Positions 34,306 through 44,300 of a stretch of DNA of 64,000 nt are shown one piece after another. The notes beneath the pieces were generated by a model. The model was not told where the DNA came from, searched no databases, and saw only the letters and a program-made list of their open reading frames with translations. Position numbers and translations under genes: made by a program. Position 1 is the first letter of the stretch; each line of letters begins with the position of its first letter. Source of the stretch: Deltaproteobacteria bacterium (GTDB lineage: Bacteria; Desulfobacterota; Desulfobaccia; Desulfobaccales; 0-14-0-80-60-11); contig VGSJ01000005.1 of assembly GCA_016875015.1 (NCBI GenBank), positions 848 to 64,847 of the forward strand, given 5' to 3'.

Positions 34306-37300
34306 CGCTTACCCCCTTTGGTGGGTGGATGTGGGGCGGCCAATCCGGCGGTTGGGGCTGACCGGGTTGCCATTCGGGAAGACCGCCTTCCGGTGGGCCG
34401 GGGGGCGGGTCGAGGCGGGTTTGGTAAGGCTGGCCGGTGCGGATGGCTGCGGCCATGGCGTCGTAGATTTCGAGGATGATGCGCTTGGTGCGGTAGTCGC
34501 CGTCGTACTTCTCCTCGTCCTTGCGGCGGACGATGGGGAAGGTGTCCATGATATAGGCCACTGCGTCCCGGGGGGTGGGGAAGTGGCCGGTGAGTTCGGC
34601 CATTTCCTCCGGGGTTTCGTCCCGCACCGCGCCTTCGGCCACTCGGGCGAGTTTCCATTGGCCGTCGGCGGTGGCCGGCAGGTAGAGGTGGAAAAAGGCG
34701 GCATCCAGCTCGCAGCGCAGCAGAAAGCGGCGTTCCTCTTCCCAGCGGAACGGCGGGCCCGACCAGCCGCAGTCCTGCGCGAAGGGCTCCAGGTCCCACG
34801 CAGTGTAAGTCAGTTCAATTGTTCTAAGCGTGAGCCATTCTATCAGTGAGATTCCGGATCCATTCCAGGGAATCTTGCTTTTGAGTAACGGAAACGCAGG
34901 AACCGGGATCTGTTTGATGATATAGAAATTGAGATTAATGCCTGACATCTTACTACGGAGCACATAGTCAAATGCGAATGAGTTTAGTACACCGCACAAG
35001 CCAAGGGATCTTTCTGCGAGGGGTAAAGAAATCATAAAGAGGCTATCACCAATTCCCACTTGTGGAACAATAGATGCCATCATGGTTCGGATATTGGCAA
35101 CCGTACCTCCGACTCGGCGATATGCCAAAACACCTCTGCATGCTGTCACAAGTTGTGGAATATTCGTACGGAGTACGCTATATCGACTCTCAGGCACGTA
35201 ACCTGCATCGGCATGTTGGGAAGCCGTGGTTTCCTCGGAGCCTCCTCTTAGCTTTTGTCCACCTCTTGCCTCAGTAGAAGACGCAAATCTATGATCGAAG
35301 TGATAGATCATTTTGCCCTCATAGAGCGGAACAAGGGCTGTTAAATAATGTTGGCCAGTTTCGAGTTCGCTGGCCCGCAATGCAGCGTTGTCGATGAACA
35401 GGTCAGAATCATTGGCCATATGAAACATGGTCATAAATGTCGGATTCCATCCCGATGAAATGTCGTCTACGTCTGACAGAAGAATGGGCAGACGCCGGTA
35501 TATGCCGATCACGAGTTCTGCATCTTTGAAGCTCCTAAAAAGTGGACATGTTCTTGTGTTTGGGTTCAAGAGTAATATGTCTTTTGTGCGAAGTTCAAAT
35601 GTGCGTCCCACAACTGAAACTTCGGCAACGTCCTGCAATCCACACGCAACCGTCGTACTCGAGGATTCGGATCCGCACGGTCGACCAATCGTCAGAAGAC
35701 AAAACTTCGTATTTCGGTCTACTGTTGGGAATAATCCCTTTGTGTTCTCAAAATCGAGAACTCGGCGAATCATCGTTTCTCTAACTAAGGACTGGAAAAA
35801 CGCTTTCGTCGTATCATCAGTTGCTATCCCGCTGGGCATTAAGCAACCAAGCCGCCCTGACAAAGAAATGCGCTTCCGCATCTGCTCAGCAAAAACCGCA
35901 AAAAGATTGATATCACCACGAGCACATAAAGGGAAGTCACCGCTATTTCTCAGGAAATGACTCTCCCCCTCGGCCTGTCTTTGGGCTAAGACAAATTCAC
36001 GGATGAGATGTGTATCTCGGCTTTTTAGTTCGCGAATCATCCGTTTCCGTTCGGCCGCGGTCTTGGCCGTAGCGATCTCCGGTTCTCGCTCGGCAAACCA
36101 CTCCTTCTCCTGGAGTTTTACGCGCTCCCACGGTGGATTACCCATCACACAGTCAAAGCCGCCTTTGGCGAACACCTCAGGAAAGGCCAGATGCCAATGG
36201 AAGAACTGATACTGGTGAATGAGGCGCTCGACTTCGGAAGTGAGTTCGGCTGGCAGCGGCCGTCCGGCAGCCAAGTCGTTCAGATAGCCCTGAGTGATAC
36301 CGCTGGTGCTGCTCTCCCGGCCCGGCTCACTGAAATGCTTTTTAATGACAAAGGCGGCGCACCAGGTGTCGTAGAGTTGCTTCTTGTGGCGGTACTCCTC
36401 AGTCTGTTCATGGCGCCGAAAGGCCAGCTCCCTGGCGCGGATGTTCTCGGGCCGATCATCGGGCATTTCCTCCAGGGCGGCTGCAGCATTTATTAAACGG
36501 TCTTGGGTTTCGGCGTCCTGCCGGGCAAAGAGCGGTCCCCACCCCTTGCGTTCGGCCTTATTGCGCTTCTTCAGCACCGCACAGGCCTTCTTGTCGTCGC
36601 CCTCGATGGGCTTGAAGGCATCATCGGGGAGGCCGGCGGCGATGATGTCGGGAGTGGCGCCCAGCAGGCTATTGCCGACGCGGATGTGATGGTCCAGAAA
36701 GGAAAGGGGCTTGCCGGGTTCCAAGGCTTCGAGCCATAAGTTCACCCGGCAGAGCTCGGCGGACATGGGGTTCAGATCCACGCCATAGAGGCATCGGCCG
36801 ATGACGTCCCGCAGGGCCTGCTGGTAGAGGAGCGGCGAGGGCTCGCTCTCGCCCTGGGCCAGGGCACGCACCCTGGCCAGATGCCGGGCTAACCGGTGCG
36901 CCGAGCCCACGAGGAAGTGGCCGGAGCCGACGGCGGGGTCGCAGACCTTGAGGGAACGGATAGCCTTCTCGGCTTCAGGTCCGGTCTTGCCCTTGATGGC
37001 TTCCTCCACCACGGGGTCCAGGGCAGAGTCCAGCAGACACTGCACCAGGGAGTCGGGGGTGTAATAGGAGCCGGAGGTTTTGCGCTCGCTGCCAGCGAAC
37101 TCTGCGAAGGTGAACCGGGCCCCGTCGGCACTGATTTGGGGGGTGAGGGCCAGCAGACTCTCATAGACACCCCCCAACTCCTCAGCGCCAAGGTTCTTGT
37201 AGTCCACCGGGCGCAGCACTTTTCCTTGTCGGGTGAAGGCCAGGTGGCGGAGAGCTTCCAGAAAATCGAAGTTGGTGAGCTCGGCATCGTTGAGAACGGC

Positions 37301-38479
37301 AGTAGAGTTCGGGTCCCAGAGAAAGCTGCCCAGAATCGGCAAGGCCAGATGCTCTCTGACAGCAGCGAAGTTGGCATCGCCAGACAGCGCCCCCACCAGG
37401 AGCTGGAACTGCCGCCAGAGGTCGCTGTGGCGGCTCCCCTTGATGTGGGAGGCCAGGTCACGGAGGCGCCCGGTGCTGTAATGGGCGGCATAGCGTTCCC
37501 GAGCGAGTCGGGCAGCCTCCGACCCATCCCGCGGGTGAAGCAAAGCCAGCCCCTCGATGGTGCGATCCTCGGCCACAAATAGGAAGATCAAGCGGTAGAC
37601 GACACGCAAGAGCTGGCCATGAAAATCCGTGAGCGAGGTTTCCCCGCTTCGCAACCTCTCGCGCAAGGCCAGGTTTTTCGAGTGGCTGGTGAAGCCTTCC
37701 CCCAAAATGCGCAAAGCCTGTTCCACCCCTTGGCGCAGATCGCCCAGGGCGCGAGTACCTTGTTCCTCGGCGAGCTTGGTCCACTGCTCCAGCCAGCAGG
37801 TCTCCGGGCGGTCGCCCTCCCGTGGAGCAAAGCGCGTGGCGTGGGCCATGAGCCAGAACAAAACGAAATCGGAATAGACCTCCCCACTGAACATGGCGGC
37901 CAGGTCGAACTCCAGGAAGGACTGACGGGAAAGAGCCTGATTATCGCGCAGGATGCGAAAGGTCAGGCCATTGGAGACGATGGCCCAGAGATGTCTGGGG
38001 CTGCGGTTCAAAAACTCCTGAACCAGACCGTGGGGATTGACCGCGGCGGCCCCGCGCACTCCTGCGGCCTTGCGGTCGAGGCTCAGACCACAGCCGAGTA
38101 GGTGCACCGGTACGGGACCAAAGAAGCGGCTGATGGCATAGGTGCGACCGCCGATTTCGGGGCCGGCAGTGGTGGGGAGCATACCGAAGGCCAACTCGCG
38201 CAGCAGGGGGAGATTCCACTTGTCATTGGTGAGGCCGGTCCCCACTTCACCCTCGGAAAGGCTGGCAGATGTGGCCTGGAACTCTGCCCAGTGTTTACGA
38301 AGACGATTCCATGACTGGGTGATGACCTCGTTCAGGCGCTCACCTGGCGGCAAGCCGTAATCTTCGGGCCCCGTGCCGGGTAGCTTTTCTTTGGGGTCAA
38401 GCACATGCCGGAGCAGATCGGGCGGCAGGAGTCCCCCTTCGGAGCGGATGGTCTGGAACTCATTGCTTCGACGGGCCAT
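34295..38479 (-). CDS. drmMI: Very large N6-adenine DNA methyltransferase (Eco57I/PglX/DrmMI-like)
   Basis: 1394 aa. SAM-binding motif [14 protein letters not shown] and catalytic motif [11 protein letters not shown] (NPPW). It starts 2 nt after the SNF2 gene stop. Confidence 0.75.
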   Translation of the reverse strand: MARRSNEFQTIRSEGGLLPPDLLRHVLDPKEKLPGTGPEDYGLPPGERLNEVITQSWNRLRKHWAEFQATSASLSEGEVGTGLTNDKWNLPLLRELAFGMLPTTAGPEIGGRTYAISRFFGPVPVHLLGCGLSLDRKAAGVRGAAAVNPHGLVQEFLNRSPRHLWAIVSNGLTFRILRDNQALSRQSFLEFDLAAMFSGEVYSDFVLFWLMAHATRFAPREGDRPETCWLEQWTKLAEEQGTRALGDLRQGVEQALRILGEGFTSHSKNLALRERLRSGETSLTDFHGQLLRVVYRLIFLFVAEDRTIEGLALLHPRDGSEAARLARERYAAHYSTGRLRDLASHIKGSRHSDLWRQFQLLVGALSGDANFAAVREHLALPILGSFLWDPNSTAVLNDAELTNFDFLEALRHLAFTRQGKVLRPVDYKNLGAEELGGVYESLLALTPQISADGARFTFAEFAGSERKTSGSYYTPDSLVQCLLDSALDPVVEEAIKGKTGPEAEKAIRSLKVCDPAVGSGHFLVGSAHRLARHLARVRALAQGESEPSPLLYQQALRDVIGRCLYGVDLNPMSAELCRVNLWLEALEPGKPLSFLDHHIRVGNSLLGATPDIIAAGLPDDAFKPIEGDDKKACAVLKKRNKAERKGWGPLFARQDAETQDRLINAAAALEEMPDDRPENIRARELAFRRHEQTEEYRHKKQLYDTWCAAFVIKKHFSEPGRESSTSGITQGYLNDLAAGRPLPAELTSEVERLIHQYQFFHWHLAFPEVFAKGGFDCVMGNPPWERVKLQEKEWFAEREPEIATAKTAAERKRMIRELKSRDTHLIREFVLAQRQAEGESHFLRNSGDFPLCARGDINLFAVFAEQMRKRISLSGRLGCLMPSGIATDDTTKAFFQSLVRETMIRRVLDFENTKGLFPTVDRNTKFCLLTIGRPCGSESSSTTVACGLQDVAEVSVVGRTFELRTKDILLLNPNTRTCPLFRSFKDAELVIGIYRRLPILLSDVDDISSGWNPTFMTMFHMANDSDLFIDNAALRASELETGQHYLTALVPLYEGKMIYHFDHRFASSTEARGGQKLRGGSEETTASQHADAGYVPESRYSVLRTNIPQLVTACRGVLAYRRVGGTVANIRTMMASIVPQVGIGDSLFMISLPLAERSLGLCGVLNSFAFDYVLRSKMSGINLNFYIIKQIPVPAFPLLKSKIPWNGSGISLIEWLTLRTIELTYTAWDLEPFAQDCGWSGPPFRWEEERRFLLRCELDAAFFHLYLPATADGQWKLARVAEGAVRDETPEEMAELTGHFPTPRDAVAYIMDTFPIVRRKDEEKYDGDYRTKRIILEIYDAMAAAIRTGQPYQTRLDPPPGPPEGGLPEWQPGQPQPPDWPPHIHPPKGVSDAD

Positions 38480-38481
38480 GG

Positions 38482-41310
38482 TTACGTCAACCTCGGCAAC
38501 AGAACGTAAGCCCCCAAGATGTCTACGGGGAGCACGGGCTGGATGGTGACACGGCCCTTGAGGCGAGCTGACTCGCGGACGCGCTCATGGGCTGCGAGCT
38601 GAACGGTGGAACGTTCGGTGGCGACGACTTCGAGAGCCTGTTGCATTTTCGGCAGGGCTGGGAGCAAGAGGCTGAGTTGCTGGTCGACGGCGGTTCGAAC
38701 GAGGTTGCGCTCGGGCCTGGCCTGAAGAAGACGCTCACCTTCTTCCGGCGTGAGCCATTGTGGTGCGTCAGCAGGACCGGAGCAGGCGAGGGGAATGATC
38801 TCCTCGCAAAGGATGGGTTCGCCGGCGGTCTGCAGATGGTAGCGTAAGCGTACCACCAACAGCATGGTACGGGTGCTCACGGCGGAGGTGGAAATGACCC
38901 CACAGCGAGCAGCCACAGCCAGAGTGTCCCGGGCCACCGGATCAAGGGCTTGGTCGAGGGTCCAACTGGCAAGGCCCTCGACCACTGGGCCGGTGCGGCC
39001 AAGATAGATCTCACCCTTTCCCAGCGGCAAATCAAAACGGCCCGTGAAGGAGTCATCGAGGCCAATGGCCTGTCGTAAGGAGCGGGGCACTTCGTTACTG
39101 AGGTGAACGGCGATGGCTTTCCCCTTGGCTTGCACCGGGATGTTGGCCGCTTGAATTACGGTGTGGAAGAACCTGGCCACGTCTTCATTGCGGCCGATGG
39201 CGGCGCGAACGCTTTGGAGTTCTGCGGCTACGGCTTCGGGACTCAAGGTGTGCTGGGCGAACCGGGAGCGACTGGCTTTTTCACGGTCGCGGGCATTATC
39301 CCACTCGGCGTGAAGGGTCTGTTTCTTGGTCTCGAAGAGGTCGTCGAGGAAGGAAAGCTGTTGGAAGCGCTTGCCGGTCTTTTCCCGAAAGAGTGCCCCC
39401 TCGAACAACGCCTCGGCGATCTGCTCGCTGGACCCCGGTACCGCCACGGTTACACCAAGGTCGCTCTTGATAGTTTTGTGCTTGCGGATAAGGACATCGA
39501 GGATCACACCGTCGATGGGATTATCTATGCCATAGTATGTGATGACGCGGACCTCGGGCTTTTCCTGCCCAAAGCGATCAATCCGGCCTTCCCGCTGCTC
39601 GTGGCGTGTGGGGTTCCAGGCCAAATCATAATGCAGCACGGCATTGAAGTGCGTCTGGAGGTTTACCCCCTCCGCCAGACAGTCGGTACAGACGAGCACA
39701 TATTGACCCGGATCGGCAACCAGGGCCTCGATTCTTGCTTCGCGCTCAGCATGAGGCAGCAACCCAGTCACCGATTCGACTCTGACTTTGGCAGGCAAGG
39801 CCTCGCGGAAGTGCCGGGCTACATAATCGGCGGTATCCACGAACCGGCAAAAAACGATGGGTGAAAAGCCATCCTTCAGCAGCCCCTTGATCTCATGAAT
39901 GGCTCCCTGCAGCTTGTGATCCGCTTCGGGAGAGAGGGCTTCGGCTCTCCGGGCAAACTCCAACATTTTCCGACGCGTGCCATCAGCTCCGGCTTCTGAG
40001 TCCGAGCCAGGGCTGAAATCAAGGGCAACCACATCATCGGTGTCGTCCTGGTCAAGCACCGTGCGCCTACCCACTTCGTCCACTTCATTGTCAGGGGCCT
40101 CATCCACGGCAGCCCGGCTCCGAAGTGTTGCAGCGGCCGCTGCCGGGCTGGAGGAAACACAGCGCATCAATGCCAACGCCGACCAGTAACGCACCCGGCG
40201 CCGACGTTGGCTGGTATCGCTTTCCGAAACGAACTCCCGAGCGAAGGCGAGAATGTCATCGAAGAGGGAGCGATATTCGTTGCTAAAGCTGTAAGTTGGC
40301 TCAGGGATCTTGTCGTACCGCTTGGGGAAAGACGTATCCGTCTGAAGGTAGTGTTTAATGTCACCACGACGACGCTGCACTAAATGTTTTGCCAGCTTGC
40401 GGCGAATTTCTTCCCTTCCGGCCCGGTCAAGGTCCATGGGCAGGCTTGCAAACTCTTCATCAAGTAAGCTGAGAAGAGAACGAAATGCCTCTTCGTTGCC
40501 GCTGTGGGGCGTGGCGGTGACCAGGACCAGATGCCGTGATTTGTTCTTGGCGACACGCCGCAGCAAATCAAAACGCTGCTGGCGTCCTCGTCCAACACCA
40601 CCGGCCAAGGTACAGCCATGGGCCTCATCCACAATAACAAACTCGGGACATTTCAGGATGAAGTCCTCAGCCCGGCGTGGGGTCTTGATAAAGTCGGTGG
40701 AGACGATGGTAAAGCGGTGGCGGTCAAAGACCGAAACGCCGATCGGCAGGTCGCGCTCCAGTCGTTGGATGGTACTGCTCAGAACCAACTCGGCCTCGAC
40801 ATGGAACTTCTCGGTCAGCTCACGTTGCCATTGCTCGGCCAAATGAGGTGGGCAAAGTACTGTCATCCGCTTGATTTCGCCACGGTCAAGGAGCTCGCGG
40901 GCCAACATTGCGGCCTCAATGGTTTTGCCTATGCCTACATCGTCGGCGATCAAAAGGCGCACGGGGTCGAGTTTAAGCCCCATCATGAGCGGCACGAGCT
41001 GATAGGGCCGGGGCTCAGCAGCTATGCGGCCGAAGCTCCGGAAAGGACCAGCGGCTGCACGAGTAGATAAACGCGCTGCCTCGCGCAAGAGCTGGCCTGA
41101 GGTAAAGTCCCCGAGGTCAGCCTGAGTGGGCATTTTGAAAGTCGCTGACGCGACAGGCTCAACAGCAGGTAGGATGCCAGTGGTCTCTTCGTCGAGTCCC
41201 CCTAAGGGTCGCACAATGAGGAGGTCATCCGAAGAGTCGGGTAGCACTAACCATTCGCGGCCACGCGCATGTATGAGGGTGCCGGGTTTAGAAAGGGGGG
41301 CAGTGCTCAT
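38482..41310 (-). CDS. drmD: SNF2-family helicase (DrmD-like)
   Basis: 942 aa. DDVGIGKTIEAAML (motif I), VIVDEAHGC (DEAH), AWNPTRHEQREGRIDRFGQ (motif VI). Its start overlaps the upstream helicase gene by 4 nt. Confidence 0.8.
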   Translation of the reverse strand: MSTAPLSKPGTLIHARGREWLVLPDSSDDLLIVRPLGGLDEETTGILPAVEPVASATFKMPTQADLGDFTSGQLLREAARLSTRAAAGPFRSFGRIAAEPRPYQLVPLMMGLKLDPVRLLIADDVGIGKTIEAAMLARELLDRGEIKRMTVLCPPHLAEQWQRELTEKFHVEAELVLSSTIQRLERDLPIGVSVFDRHRFTIVSTDFIKTPRRAEDFILKCPEFVIVDEAHGCTLAGGVGRGRQQRFDLLRRVAKNKSRHLVLVTATPHSGNEEAFRSLLSLLDEEFASLPMDLDRAGREEIRRKLAKHLVQRRRGDIKHYLQTDTSFPKRYDKIPEPTYSFSNEYRSLFDDILAFAREFVSESDTSQRRRRVRYWSALALMRCVSSSPAAAAATLRSRAAVDEAPDNEVDEVGRRTVLDQDDTDDVVALDFSPGSDSEAGADGTRRKMLEFARRAEALSPEADHKLQGAIHEIKGLLKDGFSPIVFCRFVDTADYVARHFREALPAKVRVESVTGLLPHAEREARIEALVADPGQYVLVCTDCLAEGVNLQTHFNAVLHYDLAWNPTRHEQREGRIDRFGQEKPEVRVITYYGIDNPIDGVILDVLIRKHKTIKSDLGVTVAVPGSSEQIAEALFEGALFREKTGKRFQQLSFLDDLFETKKQTLHAEWDNARDREKASRSRFAQHTLSPEAVAAELQSVRAAIGRNEDVARFFHTVIQAANIPVQAKGKAIAVHLSNEVPRSLRQAIGLDDSFTGRFDLPLGKGEIYLGRTGPVVEGLASWTLDQALDPVARDTLAVAARCGVISTSAVSTRTMLLVVRLRYHLQTAGEPILCEEIIPLACSGPADAPQWLTPEEGERLLQARPERNLVRTAVDQQLSLLLPALPKMQQALEVVATERSTVQLAAHERVRESARLKGRVTIQPVLPVDILGAYVLLPRLT

Positions 41311-44300
41311 TTAACTGGCCTCCCGAAGATGTCAGGATGGCGGAGGAAGATCTCGATCCAGTTTGCCATGTGGTGGAAGCGGATAACGATGTACCCCATC
41401 TCCATCAACCTCTGTGTAATGGTCTCGTCCTCGCGGAGTTGGGCCGGCTCATCATGCGGCGGTCCGTCGATATAGATGGCGGCAGCATGTTCACGATAGA
41501 AGAAGTCGGGACGGGTGGCGCAGGATTCGATCAGATACTGAGCCTCACTCGGAGGTCGGAGCACGAGGTCGTCCAAGAGGTCAAGCCAGCGCTTCTCTAA
41601 CTGACTGTCGCACCGCTTGCGTAGCGCGGCCATTCTTTCGGTACGGGAGCCAGCACCGCCCGCAGGGCGGCATACAGAGGAAGCCAGGTCGACTAACAAG
41701 TTGCGAATGAGATGGCGGTCGAGGTCTTTATGATCCGGCTGGTTGCCGTAATCGAGAAGGCACTCATAACACCCCTTGCCGCAGGTCTGTATGGCTTTGT
41801 CTTCCAGCGTATGGGGGTCAAAGTGACAGATATCCAAAGCAGCCCGGGCCAGCAGCGGCAACACGGTGGGGTCTTCAGCAATTTGGCGCAGTACGCCGGC
41901 GCCGCCTTCGGATGCCTCATAAAAGAGAATTTCCCGACGGTCTTGGGGTGAAGGCATCGGTTCGCACGAGAGTTCCCGAGGCTCAAGCTGGAAATGCTTT
42001 TGGATGGCCTCCTTGAACGCGGCCTGCAGGCTCGCCATCTCCGGACCCGAACGGGGTGGTTCGAATTGCATCACCAGAGCGTTCTTGGTGTCCCTTACAT
42101 AAGGCACCACGCGCTGGATCCGCCCTTGGGCGGTGGCATCGTCAGAGTCCTCTTCGTCTGCCTGGTTGCGCGACCAATAGCCCCTTTCCAGATCAAGATT
42201 GAACCCGGGAGGCTGATTGCCCCTCTGATTGGCCCAACCAAGGTTGATGCGGTAGAGGTCAGTGGCGTCGCCGTAGCTGAGGCGCAAAGCAAGGTCATCG
42301 CCGCAGTACACTTCCGCGTCTTTGCGGTCCAGCATACCACCGATTTCCGGGAATCGATAGGAAGTGACGAGTTTGTAGCCGAACCGCTGCCTTTCCTCTT
42401 CATCGCAGGTAATACGCTGGGCAAGTTTGAGGCTGACATTCTGCAAATGAACCAGATTATCGATTGTAGCAGATCCGTCCAGGGCATCGCCGCAGCGGTC
42501 GCAAATCTCGGTGAGGTTGGTTCCCTGCTCTAAATGGGCATAACCACATTTTAGGCAACGCTTCATCGTGGCGGTCACCAAATCGTGGGTCGCTTCGATG
42601 TCGTCAGTCCCGAAGTCGAGATTGACTTTGTAAACCCGGTAACGGGCTCCTTCGTGGTAGATCAAGGCGCGGGGGCCAAACTCGGAGATCGCCAGGAAAC
42701 GGGGGCGGGAGACGAACTCATCGCGGCTCTTACGTTGGCGGCGACCAGGTACATAAGCTGAAAGGGGCAGGCGCGGAAAATTATAACCTGGCAGAAACCC
42801 CTCAGCCGCGAAATAGCGGTAGGAATAGAAGTCGCCTTCATACATACCCTCGGCTTCGGTAAGCAAGCGGATCTGGCTCTCCGCCTGGGCGCGCAAGCGC
42901 CTGGACTGATTGCGCTCGCCCTCTGGTCGTGCATGGTCGCCGATGATCCTGTGATGCAACTCTCGCTGGCGGAGGGCAGCACGATAGAGGCTACGCCAGC
43001 GTTCGCAAGAATCATCAAAAGAACGCTCAATCTGGTCGAGGATTTCTTGGGTCCAGTTTTCGTGAAACCAAGCTGCTGATGACAGTTCGTTGAGGATACT
43101 GCTGACAAGTTGGTTGGCTTTGGAAAGCGCCCCAGCGCGGTGAGTCGGATTCCTTAGTTCCCGGGCAATTGTGTCTTTGACGGGGAGCGGAAGCCTTCCA
43201 TTGGAATGGGTGAGGTCAAGCACCGTGGCAAGTGTTTTACCCAGGTCCGGCTTGGCTACTTCCATCCAGACGGCGTGGACATGGGAGCGCACCAGATCCC
43301 GGTTGCGGATATCGATACGCGGCGGGGCCACCGAACCCGCAACCATATGGTTCGGCTGGCGAAAATAATACTGATCGTGAGGGCTGCGGCCAGCGCAATA
43401 GGTGTAGACCAGGGCCGGCTGGCCACCACGTCCGGCCCGCCCGCTCCTCTGGGCATAATTGGCCGGCGTCGGGGGGACGTTGCGCAGATTGACGAGGTTT
43501 AATTGGGCGATATCCACTCCCAATTCCATCGTCGGTGAGCAGAAAAGGAGGGGCAAATCGCCATTGCGAAAGCGTTCTTCGCGCTCTTCCCGGTCTTCAG
43601 ATGCCACCTGGGCAGTATGTTCACGGGCTTCGAGGACGCATTTCAAATCAACGAAACTGCGGTAACATTCCACGAAATAGTGGTTGACCTCTTGTGGAAT
43701 CTCTCCCGCATCCAGGAGCCGGGTCCGGTCTAACGGGCGGGCAGCACCCTCTCCAGGCAACCAGCGCAGGGCGTCAGGATTGATCTGGTAACCGGGCACT
43801 TCACCACTGCGTACCTGTTCGACAACCCCATAGCGTTTAAGAGCGAGAAATAGAAAACGGATGGCTCGATCAACATCATCGCGGCCCAAGCTCTGCCCCA
43901 GGGGTACGTGGGGGGCCAGTGATCGTTTTAGATAGCGCCCATATCCGCCGTAGGATGAAATAAAGAGCCCGATACGATCTTCTTGTCTCCGGGGCCTGGG
44001 ATAAGCGACAACGGACTTTACAAGCTCACGCGCATCCTCAAGATACCACACGGTATCTTCAAGGAGTCGCGGTTTAGTTTGCTCGACCAAGTCGAGCTGC
44101 CGCTGAGGGTCAAGGACATCGACCTTAACAGCCAGAGATCGGCGTAGAACATCTAGAAGGGTCCGGAGTAGTTCCTCACGTACTTCCGTAGGACAGGATC
44201 GCAACGTTGCGGGTACCTCAACGAACTCTTCGGTTTCTCGGTTGAATCGAACTGAGAATCCGGCTTCCCAAAGCTCGGTCTCGGCAAGTAGCCCATCCTC

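Noticed and set aside
34188-34849. ORFs 34188..34799 (-), 34309..34704 (-) and 34325..34849 (+) over the methylase 3' end
   Set aside because: They are alternative frames of the 1394-aa methylase gene. They are R/P/G-rich and lack an RBS or any motifs.
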